DNA from: Utricularia gibba
Lineage: Eukaryota; Plantae; Magnoliophyta
DNA length: 64,000 bases
Reading direction: 5' to 3'
Assembly: GCA_002189035.1 (NCBI GenBank)
Contig: NEEC01000020.1
Location: 1,364,001 to 1,428,000, forward strand
The notes under the pieces were generated by a model. That model was not told the origin of the DNA, did not search any database, and saw nothing but the letters and a program-made list of their open reading frames with translations. Made by a program: the position numbers and the translations under genes. Within the stretch, counting starts at the first letter, position 1, and every line of letters starts with the position of its first letter. This document shows positions 12,144-22,734 of this stretch, in pieces.

Positions 12144-13795
12144 TGAAAGCGATTTGAAGGATATGAAATTTAATGTAGGTGTAGTATCTTGGCATAGGAG
12201 GATATTTGCATGAGTGATAACACATATATTTGAGTGATTGAGTGCATGGAAATTACTCATATTGTGCTATAAAAATCAAATTTTATTGCCCAATTCTATA
12301 TTTTTGCGCAGAGTATCGTAGTAATGTTATTTTAGTCTTAGTTGGGACTAAATTTTCGATTTAGTCCCAACCTTCTAATAGTTTCCTTCGAGCAATGCAT
12401 GTCGCAACACAAATCCCAAGGAGTCGAATATGAACAGTGTAGTGGCAGAGAAGGTGGCAGAAGTCTGAAAAGGAGTACACACAAAATCCAAAGAGATGAA
12501 AAGTGAGATTTTGGACAAAAAGGGGAACAAGATGGAAAGAGAAGGCAGATCTCCTCATTGGAGACTCACGAACAACTTTCTGAGAAGGTTTTCTGGGGGA
12601 GGAAGAAGGAGGAAGACGAACAGGAACTAAACTGATGCTTGAAGATTATTTTCTGCTTTCCAAAAATTATTACTCTTAGCTAGGAGTAGTTAGCGACGTT
12701 TCCAGCTTTCTGTTGAATTTTTAAGTTTCATGTTTGTTTATTTTCTGGTGGTCGACTGTAAGATGAGTAAAGTGTGGATGATGTTTTCTTTTCAACATTC
12801 ATTTATCTTAAGCATGAGAGGCTAAGCATCTAGGGAAGTGTCTTGGGATAAAAAGGGGAGAAATATGCTAATCCTTCTTTAGAACTAATCAACCATAAGT
12901 CACGCTATTTCCTTAACAAACCAGGATAGATTCAGGAGGGGGAGTAGTGAAACCCAACTTAACAACCCTAATTAGAGGTAGACCAAAGATAAAGGGGAAA
13001 ATAAGAATCCGGATAGACCTAGATTTTTGTGTGTTAGTTGTATGAGCTATGGTTTGTGTGAGCTTGTTTAGTGATAAGCATACATCCTCTAGGAGTCCCA
13101 AGGCATCACCCATTTCATTCCAAAAACAACCGTATTCCAAAACTTTTCATTTTTTCTTTACTGCATTACATCCTTAGTCCTAGTTAAAACCAATTTTACC
13201 AACGTGATACTGATTCCTTGCATTAACCTTCACATAGCAAGCACCTAGCTCCTTGTATTCGACCCTAATCACTATGCTCATAATTTTTTTATGTTTAAAG
13301 GTGTATTAGGTTATAAATTTATTTGATAGGAGAAATTTTCATTTAACGACATTACAAAATTTTTCGTATATCAATGAGCAGTTTTTGTATTGAACGTAAT
13401 GCAACAAAGCTTTTCTCTACAGCTTGTGGTTCTTCAATACATGGTATTTATAGACTCCAACTAAAAATAGCCGTTGTTGAAGGAGCCATTGTACCCGTTA
13501 CTGTCATTATGGCTACCTTAGTAGTCTTCCCTTCTACGATTAGCATCCTTGAGTAGCGTCAAGATACTGTCGGTTGGGCTTGCTGGGAGAAGCCCATCCT
13601 TTCGATAATTTTCCTGTTGAATAGTCCATTTGGCAGCATTGGGGTCCATTATGATGAAGCCCATATCTGAGTTCAATCTTTTCTTTCGACTATTGGAAGC
13701 ATCACGGCGACTTCGACTTTCCTCCGGGTTCTCACACCTCATCTCTGCTTCATCTTTACACAATCTTGCCGTGGCTTGATCATTCTTAGCCTTCA
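12144..13795 (-). repeat. Copia 5' LTR, interrupted by a solo LTR
   Basis: Termini TGAAAGC (12144) and ..GCCTTCA (13795) form an imperfect inverted repeat. TATAAATA occurs on the minus strand at ~13446-13453. Confidence 0.88.
12215..13373 (+). mobile_element. Athila-like solo LTR (1159 bp)
   Basis: TGATAAC...TATCA with a perfect TSD ATGAG (12210-12214 and 13374-13378). Its 3' end resembles 47590-47669. Confidence 0.9.
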
Positions 13796-14088
13796 ACTTC
13801 AAGATTTGAAGGCAGATGAGGCACCCTTTGCTTTGCTTTTTCGTAGCTAAACATTGAAAAGAATGCTCCAAATCTGCCTTTCCATTAGCCCCGCTTGTTG
13901 TCTAAAAGCAGCAGCAGCAGCAATGTGCTGAACTGGCCTACCCATATTTTATTTTCTCCCCACCCAGACATGGATGTCTGTGCTGTCCTTGACTTGAGTT
14001 GAGGACCTGAATTCCTACATTTTGGAACGGAGCTGTGCGGTTCCTGGATTCGTTTCTGTGAGAGAAATTGAGGGGGATTTGGTTTTAG

Positions 14089-14610
14089 ATGAAGGAGATG
14101 CCCTTGCCCTTTGAGTTTCAGGGGAAGGGAGTGCTGAACTTGGAGCTAATTGTGAAAAACCAAGGCTTTTTCTCGAGTAGTTGGGCTGAGTTGTACCAGG
14201 GGAATTGCTTCTTCAACAATGGTTTTGGGGAATTTGCCACCCATGTAGCAAATGGCAGCCGCAAGACTCAACCATTGACACGAGCACGAATGCTTGGGAA
14301 CCTGGCTCCGGGCACCTCCCCATTACTGCCTCTCTTGTGATTGGAGACGCCATAGCCGGAATCGAAGAACACCCGCAGAGATTTGCCCTGGAGGACTGGC
14401 ATACTGTATTTTCCGAGTCTGCTGCTGTGTCTCCCAGTCAAGAGCAGTCTATTCTCCGGTAGTTTATGGGTGACGTGGAAGACCCTGCTGTAGGGAACCT
14501 GAACAAGGTCCTTCAAATTGGCCGCAGCGGCGGCGGCGGCGGCGGTAGTATAATGCCACCAGCTGAGTTTGATTTTAGCGGTCTCCACTGGTGTGTGGAT
14601 CAAGGTTTTG
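14089..14610 (+). pseudogene. SCL6: 5' fragment of a HAM/SCL6-type GRAS gene, lacking the GRAS domain
   Basis: MKEMPLPFEFQGKGVL, then a frameshift, then LEDWHTVFSESAAVSPSQEQSILR*FMGDVEDPAVGNLNKVLQ...AEFDF...VDQGF. This matches HAM motifs (MPLPF..QGKG; EDWESVLS..SPSQEQSILRWIMGDVEDP). The conserved W is TAG at 14460-14462. Confidence 0.85.
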
Positions 14611-14619
14611 CTGGAAACC

Positions 14620-14706
14620 TTTACAACCAGTTAATCCGTACCCACCGAGTCACACAATTCATTTTAAACTCGATGGGTTCGACCCCTAACCTAGTGACCA
14701 CCCCTT
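14620..14706. mobile_element. hAT-like right terminus
   Basis: GGGTTCGACCCC...GTGACCACCCCTT. Its reverse complement AAGGGGTGGTCAC matches 693-705 at 9 of 13 positions. No 8-bp TSD seen. Confidence 0.4.
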
Positions 14707-14911
14707 ATTAAGGGTATTCACATAAATTAATGATAAGAGATAAGCGATGTGATGCGGCCGCAGTATATTCATCTGAGAAAATGAACCTTGATCTCGCTGA
14801 TAAATCAAATGCTCTAACTCACTATTGCTATGAGACAATCTAAACTCTCTAATAAAATTTACAAGAGCTGTCGATGATGTTCCTAAACCCGTAGCAGGAT
14901 GTGCAGATGGA

Positions 14912-15175
14912 CTACAATTGGGATGTCACTTCCAGAAAGAAATCGTGACTGCAAGGAATGGTGATCCCACCCATTGGATGGCTGAATCCGTACCCTTCTT
15001 CCACCGGGTGCAATAACAACTCTTGGAACAAAGGCTCATTCAAGTAGGAGATCGGGATCACGAATCGCTTCTTTTCGTTCTCCCCAACGTACACTGCGAG
15101 ATGCCCTTTGGGGACTTCAGATGGGGATTTCCTTCCACCAGACAATGTTCTTCGAAGCACTTGACCGATCGCCAT
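14912..15175 (-). CDS. SAUR: SAUR-family auxin-responsive protein (copy 1, 87 aa)
   Basis: Intronless ORF with [30 protein letters not shown] and [12 protein letters not shown]. Confidence 0.95.
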   Translation of the reverse strand: MAIGQVLRRTLSGGRKSPSEVPKGHLAVYVGENEKKRFVIPISYLNEPLFQELLLHPVEEGYGFSHPMGGITIPCSHDFFLEVTSQL

Positions 15176-15690
15176 AGAATCAGGGTTAGCAGTTCGCTAC
15201 AAGATCACAAGAAAGAATAATTGCTGAAGTTAGAGTGGTATGCAAATGAGCAGCATGTAGCTAATATATACGGGTCTTGGAGGAGGCAGTGGCCATGTGG
15301 AGTGAATTGCTGATGATGGGTAGTTGAAGGATGGGGAAAGAAGCACATGAAGGAGCACATGCCATTGTCCTTCTCCACGAATCATTTGTTTGGAATCCGA
15401 CAAAGAGGTTCCCCACATTACTCACCGCACTCCGCCAACTTGACAATGTAGGAAACTTCATTGTCGGATCCCAAACAAATGATTCGTTGAGCAAGATAAT
15501 CGCATGTGCTCTCTCATGTGCTTCTTTCCCCATCCTTCAACTACCCATCATCAGCAATTAACTCCACATGCCCAGTGCCTCCTCCACATCCGTATATAAT
15601 GGGCACATACTGCTCATTTGTACATCACCCTAACTTCAGCAATAACTCCTTTCTTGTGATCCTCTTGCAAACTGCATTTTCCCTGATTCT
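15176..15690. promoter_or_regulatory. Palindromic bidirectional SAUR promoter
   Basis: Mirrored TATA-like boxes (~15265-15270 minus, 15593-15599 plus). CCGACA at 15397-15402 and TGTCGG at 15462-15467 (AuxRE). Several CACATG/CATGTG E-boxes per arm. Confidence 0.8.
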
Positions 15691-15954
15691 ATGGCGATCG
15701 GTCAGGTGCTTCGAAGAACATTGTCTGGTGAAAGGAAATCCCCATCTGAAGTCCCAAAAGGGCATCTCGCAGTGTACGTTGGGGAGAACGAAAAGAAGCG
15801 ATTCGTGATCCCGATCTCCTACTTGAATGAGCCTTTGTTCCAAGAGTTGTTATTGCAGCCGTTGGAAGAAGAGTACGGATTCAGCCATCCAATGGGTGGC
15901 ATCACCATTCCTTGCAGTCACAATTTCTTTCTGGAAGTGACATCGCAATTGTAG
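15691..15954 (+). CDS. SAUR: SAUR-family protein (copy 2, 87 aa)
   Basis: Same motifs as copy 1. ATAGAT (DST-like sub-element) lies in the 3' flank at ~16022. Confidence 0.95.
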   Translation: MAIGQVLRRTLSGERKSPSEVPKGHLAVYVGENEKKRFVIPISYLNEPLFQELLLQPLEEEYGFSHPMGGITIPCSHNFFLEVTSQL

Positions 15955-16239
15955 TCCATCTGCACATCCTGCTACAGGCTTAGGAACATCATCGATAGCC
16001 TTTGTAAATTTTTTTAGAGAGATAGATTGTCTCATCGCAATGGTGAGTTAGAGCACATGATTTATGAGTGAGATCCAGGTTCAATTTTCCAGATGAATAC
16101 ACTGCTGCCGCTTCATATTTCAACCCAGATATCAAATATTATTTTTTTAAAGATTTGCTCGACTGAGTTGAATCCGGTGGATCGGTTGTGATTGAACGCG
16201 CACCTTATGTTTATGACAATACATAATCTTATCACTCAC

Positions 16240-17302
16240 AAGCAATCGAGGTTCTGAACTATAATCAATTCATCAGAGAGGTTTAGGAGAGGCCGTTGAA
16301 AAGACAGGCACGTGGGCATATGGGTGGTGGTGGGCAATGCATGGGAAACCTCTGGGGTGATTGGCGAAAACGGCCAAGTAGCCAGAGAAAGCAGCCGAGC
16401 ATCGGTCGGAGGATGGGGGCAGAAGGTAGACGATCGATTGGTAGGTAGAGCCATCACCAAACAAAAAGTTTTTATTTGAATAATAATCATTCTGAAAATA
16501 CAAAATTACAAAATCAACTCCTTCAATATTTTTTTAAATAATAAATTAAAATTTAATAAAAATAATCAATATATAAAATATTAAAAAAAAAAATACAACA
16601 AAGAACAATAAAAGATTTATATTTATATTAATTGATGTACAATATATTCAAAAAATGATCAAAAAATATTGTCTTACTTCTGTATTTTAATAAAAAAAAT
16701 ACCATAACTACGTATTTATAAACAATTATTTAGATAAGAACGAAATATTTGGAAAAAATGAATTCGTTATTAAAACAATATATAAAATAATTATTGGTAA
16801 AATATATTTTTAAAGACATGTTTAAAGAAACAAATTGTTTTTTAAATTTTTTACCCTGTTGAAATAAATTAATTCACAATTTATTAATATTTTCATTCTT
16901 TATTAAAAAAAATCTTGAATTTTCTTAATATAATTTAAATAAAAAATCCTTAATACAATTTTCAACCATAATATATCTATATGTATTGATTTTTTAGAAA
17001 GTCGTAAAATCTTCCAATGCTCATTACTACATGTATTGATATTTTAAGCCAAGGTTACTCATATTGAAATGTTCACATGTAATTAGACATGTTGTCCATT
17101 TCATATAATTCTTCTAAATGGAATCGAATATACTCATAATGAATTATTGTCTATTTGTGTCATCTGTAAAATTGAACCTTGATCTCACTCATAGATCATA
17201 TGCTTTAACTCATCATTGTGATGAGACAATCTATCTCTCTAATAAAATTTACAAGAGCTATTGATAATGTTCCTAAGCCCCTAGCAGCATGTGCACACGG
17301 AC
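16240..17302. repeat. Spacer of the SAUR tandem unit, duplicated at ~20090-20984
   Basis: Direct repeat of the GC-rich island, the AT-rich tract and the SAUR 3' flank. This copy stops exactly where the next SAUR stop codon would be. Confidence 0.85.
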
Positions 17303-18885
17303 ATCAAGTAGACTTAATCTCTTTCCCCAACTTAGAGGTAAGGTTACTTGGAAGGAAGTGAAGTTACTTTTTCTTCGCTCTCACACTAGTCCTTGAGTCT
17401 GATACAACTATTGGTTTAAGTAAAGTTTCAACTCTATTGTGGGAAGGAAATTCTGAAATGTTGTGATATTTTTGATGGAGGGTTGTCCTAGGAATGATGG
17501 GTTATAAAAATGTGCCTAGTTTGTGGTTTTCATGTATTTTGTGACATCGTTACGTCTCCTAACCATTGCATCTCCCATCTCTTAAAAAAAGAGAGAATTT
17601 TGGGATTTTATCTTTCACTGTTTTTTAATTCTAAAAATACTTTATGAAATATACTTAGAGGATGTTCTAATCATCTTTTCATTTTTCATTTTTCTTCTCC
17701 TTAGAATGAGAAGTAATAGAGATTTCATCATTTTAAGAAGTAAAATGCATGTATAACATATTCTATTTAAGAAGGAGAATGCAAATTTAATAAAAATATA
17801 AATTGTATTTTTGTTCTAATAATAAAATGTATTTTTTAAATATCTACGATGACACATATGGGTGTATGAAAAACATATAATATTTTGGAAATACATTTCT
17901 AGGCGTCCATATGAAATATTATGTATGTCTGGAAAATATATCATTTTTTAAAACAAAATTTTCTAGTTACCAACAAGAGATTTTGTGAGTGACTAGAGAA
18001 TATATAAGATTTATAAAAATACATTTTCGGTCATCCACATAACCAGTATAGGTGCCCGACAAAAATGTTTAAAAAAATTGTGTATTTATTGTGATATGGC
18101 TTTGTTGTTTTTTAATGAATTAAGAAAACTGTGGGCAGAAAACCAAATTCATCTATTATTTTTTAGCAACTCACAAAAAACATACAGAACATCATCTTAC
18201 ACTGTCTTCTCTAGTGAAATTTCACTCACCCTTTTGGATCTTCTCAAGGTATTTTTCATATTCTTTTCTCTTGTTCAAAGAGGTTACCGAGTAACTCTAA
18301 TCTATCTATTAGATTAGAGTTATTTAATGACAAATACATATTTGAGCCTATGATTTAAATCACAAATATTTTATTATTTTTGGATCATTAAATCAAAAAT
18401 ACATATGATTTAATGATTTATTTGAGCCTAAATAATTATTACAACAAACATGACGAATAATGAGTTGCAAACTACTCAATTCAGTCCATAGCAGAGTTCA
18501 TTGGAAATGATTAAAATGATGTATATCATATAATCTTATTTACGTATGATATAAATTGAGCATTTTTTGTTTTGTACATAAAGACAAATATAGTTTAATT
18601 AATAATCTACACCAATCCAATATATACAGTGTGCGTTCACCCACAATCGATCCATGGGATTCAACTCAGTCGAGCAAATATTTAAAAAAAAAAGAAACAA
18701 TCTTTGCAATCTGGGTTTCAATCTGAAGCGGAAGCAGTATATTCATCTAAAAAAATGAACCTTCATCTCAGTCATAAATGATATCCTCTAGCTCACCATT
18801 GTGATGAGACAATGTATCTCTCTAATAAAATTTACAAGATGCTATCAATAATCTTCCTAAGCCCGTAGCAGCATCTGCAGATGGA

Positions 18886-19149
18886 CTACAATTGGGATGT
18901 CACTTCCAGAAAGAAATTGTGACTGCAAGGAATGGTGATGCCACCCATTGCATGGCTGAATCCGTACTCTTCTTCCACCGGGTGCAACAACAACTCTTGG
19001 AACAAAGGCTCATTCAAGTACGAGATCGGGATCACGAATCGCCTCTTTTCGTTCTCCCCGACGTACACTGCGAGGTGTCCTTTGGGGACTTCAGATGGGG
19101 ATTTCCTTTCACCAGACAATGTTCTTCGAAGTACTTGACCGATCGCCAT
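18886..19149 (-). CDS. SAUR: SAUR-family protein (copy 3, 87 aa)
   Basis: Intact ORF with SAUR motifs. Confidence 0.95.
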   Translation of the reverse strand: MAIGQVLRRTLSGERKSPSEVPKGHLAVYVGENEKRRFVIPISYLNEPLFQELLLHPVEEEYGFSHAMGGITIPCSHNFFLEVTSQL

Positions 19150-19659
19150 AGAATCAGGGAAAATGCAGTTTGCAAGAGGATCACAAGAAAGGAGTTATCG
19201 CTGGTGATGTGCAAATGGGCAGTATGTGGCAAATATATACGGGTGTTGGAGGAGGCAGTGGGCATGTGGAGTGAATTGCTGATGATGGGTGGTTGAAGGA
19301 TGGGGAAAGAAGCACATGAAGGAGCACATGCCATTGCCCTTCTCCACGAATCATTTGTTTGGAATCCGACAAAGAGGTTCCCTACATTGCTCTGCGCACT
19401 CCGCCAACTTGACAATGTAGGAAACCTCATCGTCGGATCCCAAGCAAATGATTCGCGGAGAAGGACAATCGCATGTGCTCTCTCATGTGCTTCTTTCCCC
19501 ACCCTTCAACTACCCATCATCAGCAATTCACTCCACATGGCCACTGCCTCCTCCAACATCCGTATATAATGGGCACATACTACTCATTTGCACATCACCC
19601 TAACTTCAGCAATAACTCTTTCTTGTGATCTTCTTGCAAACTGCATTTCCCCTGATTCT

Positions 19660-19923
19660 ATGGCGATCGGTCATGTGCTTCGAAGAACATTGTCTGGTGA
19701 ACGGAAATCCCCATCTGAAGTCCCCAAAGGGCATCTCGCAGTGTACGTTGGGGAGAACGAAAAGAGGCGATTCGTGATCCCGATCTCCTACTTGAATGAG
19801 CCTTTGTTCCAGGAGTTGTTATTGCAGCCTTTGGAAGAAGAGTACGGATTCAGGCATCCAATGGGTGGGATCACCATTCCTTGCAGTCACCATTTCTTTC
19901 TGGAAGTGACATCCCAATTGTAG
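19660..19923 (+). CDS. SAUR: SAUR-family protein (copy 4, 87 aa, MAIGHVL...)
   Basis: ATG at 19660 by homology with the other copies; SAUR motifs intact. Confidence 0.95.
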   Translation: MAIGHVLRRTLSGERKSPSEVPKGHLAVYVGENEKRRFVIPISYLNEPLFQELLLQPLEEEYGFRHPMGGITIPCSHHFFLEVTSQL

Positions 19924-20984
19924 TCCATCTGCACATCCTGCTGCGGGTTTAGGAAGATTATCGATAGCTCTTGTAAATTTCATTAGAGAATATGATTTAT
20001 AGTGAGATGAAGGTTCAATTTTCCAGATGAATATACTGCTAATTCTTCATATCCCTTATTTATAAAAAGCATATTACATATTATCACTCAGTCACAAACA
20101 ATCGAGGTTCTGAACTATAATCAATTCATCAGAGAGGAGGTTTGGGAGAGGCGGTTGAAAAGATAGGCACGTGGGCAGTGTACGGTAAACCCGTCGGGTA
20201 ATGGCGAAAGCGGCCAAGTAGCCAGAGCAAGCAGCCGAGCATCGGTCAGACGATGGGGGCAGAAGGTAGACGATCGATAGGTAGGTAGAACCATCACCAA
20301 ACAAATATTTTTTATTTGAAGAATAATCATTCTAAAAATAATAAAAGATTTATATTTATATTAATTGATGCACAATATATTCAAAAAATGATCAAAAAAT
20401 ATTGTCTTACTTCTGTATTTTAATAAAAAAAATAGCATAACTATGTATTTATAAACAATTATTTAGACAAGAACGAAATATTTGGAAAAAAATGAATTCG
20501 TTGGAAAACAATATATAAAATAATTATTGGTAAAATATATTTTCAAAGACATATTTAAAGAAAAAAATTATTTTTAAAATTTTTTTACCCTGTTGAAATA
20601 AATTAATTTCTTTATATAATTTAAATAAAAAAATCCTGAATACAAATTTCTATCATAATATAACTATATGTATTGATTTTTTAGAAACTCGTATAATCAT
20701 CCATGCTCATTACTACGTGTACTGACATTTTGAGCCAAGGTTACTCACATTGAAATGTTTACATGTAACTAGACATGTCCATTTCATATAATTCTTGTAA
20801 ATGGAATCGAATATAATCATAATAGATTATTGTCTCGTTGTGTCATATGGAAAACTGAACCTTGATCTCACTCATAAATTGTATGCTTTAACTCATCATT
20901 GTGATGAGATAATCTATCTCTCTAATAAAATATACAAAGGCTATCGATGATCTCCCTAAGCCTGTAGCAGGATGTGCAGATGGA

Positions 20985-21248
20985 CTACAATTGGGATGTC
21001 ACTTCCAGAAAGAAATTGTGGCTGCAAGGAATGGTGATGCCACCCATTGAATGGCTGAATCCGTACTCTTCTTCCAACGGGTGCAATAACAACTCTTGGA
21101 ACAAAGGCTCATTCAAGTAGGAGATCGGGATCACGAATCGCCTCTTTTCGTTCTCTCCAACGTACACTGCAAGATGCCCTTTGGGGACTTCAGATGAGGA
21201 TTTCCTTTCACCAGACAATGTTCTTCGAAGCACCTGACCGATCGCCAT
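20985..21248 (-). CDS. SAUR: SAUR-family protein (copy 5, 87 aa)
   Basis: Intact ORF. Its promoter arm runs to the palindrome centre (~21480-21505), but the partner arm is gone. Confidence 0.95.
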   Translation of the reverse strand: MAIGQVLRRTLSGERKSSSEVPKGHLAVYVGENEKRRFVIPISYLNEPLFQELLLHPLEEEYGFSHSMGGITIPCSHNFFLEVTSQL

Positions 21249-21869
21249 AGAATCAGGGAAAATGCAATTTGCAAGAGGATCACAAGAAAGGAGTTATCGC
21301 TGGTGATGTGCAAATGGGCAGTATGTGGCAAATATATACGGATGTTGGAGGAGGCAGTGGGCATGTGGAGTTAATTGCTGATGATGGGTAGTTGAAGGAT
21401 GGCGAAAGAAGCACATGCCATTGTCTTTCTCCACGAATCATTTGTTTGGAATCCGACAAAGAGGTTCCCTACATTGCTACGTGCCCTCCGCCAGCTTGAC
21501 AATCGCTGCTTCCTTTGCTATCAGAAAACATAATCCTACTTTTGATCTTCCTATGCCGATCTCATGCGGGTCCGATAAAACTGTCCTGAAACCAAAGCAC
21601 AAATGCTTAATTTGTATCTATGTTTATAGCGATCTGCCAAAGATGAATGAGCATGTGGTACTATATAAGGACGTTGGAGGAGGCATTGGGCACAAGGAGT
21701 TCATTGGTGAAGATGGGTGCTGGAAGCATGAGTACACAAGCAAATGAACGATTGTCTTTCCCAACAACTCATTTGCGTTGGAATCCAGCATAGAATCTTA
21801 CGGTGTTCATTATGATTGAAATCACATCGCCCATAGAATCTTGATTCCTGGATACCATGATCCCTAAAT

Positions 21870-22690
21870 TTGTAGGGTCAAGAGATGTAAATATGAAGTA
21901 ATAAATTTTTACCAAGTTACTTTCTCCTATAAACCAATTCATTTTTTTTTTTTTTTGTAAGAGATACGTAGTTATATCTCAGATTAGAATACTACGTTAG
22001 TTAATCCTTTGTGAATACTACACACGTTTTACACACATACTTTCATTGTATTCCTTAGTGAAGGAAGCATTGCTTGAAGTTACTATGAGGCGCAAGACTT
22101 GTGATTCTTTGTCTACTGAGCCATGTTGAGTTTTTTTGAAACTGCAAAATCGTAATATTTAAGAAAATTTGAATCATACTTTCATCTCATTTTTCACATA
22201 TTTTCATTGTATGAATCCTTAGTCAAAATCCAATTTCCGGAAATCTAACATGGTATTAGAGCTTTGGATCAAGAAATTGGACCTGTAGAAGCAAAGGAAG
22301 AAGGTTGGTCTTTAGTTCAATTATGGACACACAAAATAATGGTAAAATGCCACCGATATTTTTATGCCACCAACTATCAGAAATGGGTCCTCAAGATGAG
22401 TACCTACCTTAAGGTTAAGAAAATTTGGAATGTTTTTGTGAATGACATCTCAAATCTGATCATATATGAAAATAATTCACGATAGGAAGTATGTAGCATT
22501 GAATGCCCTCCATTAGGCGTTGCCCAACCAAATGCTTGAAAAGGTTTCTTGGGCATCAGCCAAGGAAATTTGGGATAACCTGCATATTATGTGAACAACC
22601 AAATGCGCATCCTCGATGGCAGCACATCCTCTATCAGGTGGAGTTAAACAAGATGTCATACAATGCACCGAAAGCTTCTAGATAAACATA
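21870..22690 (+). mobile_element. Truncated Copia: LTR end, tRNA-Met PBS and gag fragment
   Basis: ...TCTAACA followed by TGGTATTAGAGC (22251-22262), then PIF..TNYQKWVLKMSTYLKVKKIWNVF (gag N-terminus). Left boundary approximate. Confidence 0.75.
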
Positions 22691-22734
22691 ACCCCACAGA
22701 GAGGTTACATAGTCTCAAAAATTATAACCACTAG

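Larger units (their letters stand above)
906..13795 (-). mobile_element. Ty1/Copia LTR retrotransposon, decayed, with three nested insertions (~5.5 kb without them)
   Basis: LTRs at 906-1366 and 12144-13795 (the latter interrupted). Minus-strand domain order is gag, protease, GAG-pre-integrase, integrase, RT, RNaseH. A purine-rich PPT-like tract (..CAAGGAGGTA) precedes TGAAGG at 1366. No matching TSD (GCAGC vs ACTTC). Confidence 0.93.
14755..16110. repeat. Long inverted repeat A (arms ~665 bp, spacer 15420-15444)
   Basis: Promoter, CDS and 3' flank are mirrored about a 25-nt spacer. Confidence 0.92.
18735..20040. repeat. Long inverted repeat B (spacer 19389-19413)
   Basis: Same palindrome as A. 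Its left flank (to ~18600) also mirrors 16110-16240. Confidence 0.92.

Noticed and set aside
14268-14603. Minus-strand poly-Ala ORF with a protease-like VFFDSG
   Set aside because: It is the antisense of the HAM fragment; the GGC repeat encodes poly-Gly on the plus strand.
15380-15490. Palindrome centre as a microRNA precursor
   Set aside because: The hairpin is explained by the inverted duplication, and there is no evidence of a precise miRNA/miRNA* duplex or of transcription across the centre.
16236-16490. F-box-like reading LNLSDELIIVQNLDCL
   Set aside because: The resemblance is too short, with no downstream domain.
15023-21364. Recurrent ORFs such as MGKEAHE..., MEQRLIQVG... and the upstream extension of 19588-19923
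   Set aside because: These are antisense or promoter-derived frames repeated only because the DNA is duplicated; indels differ between copies.
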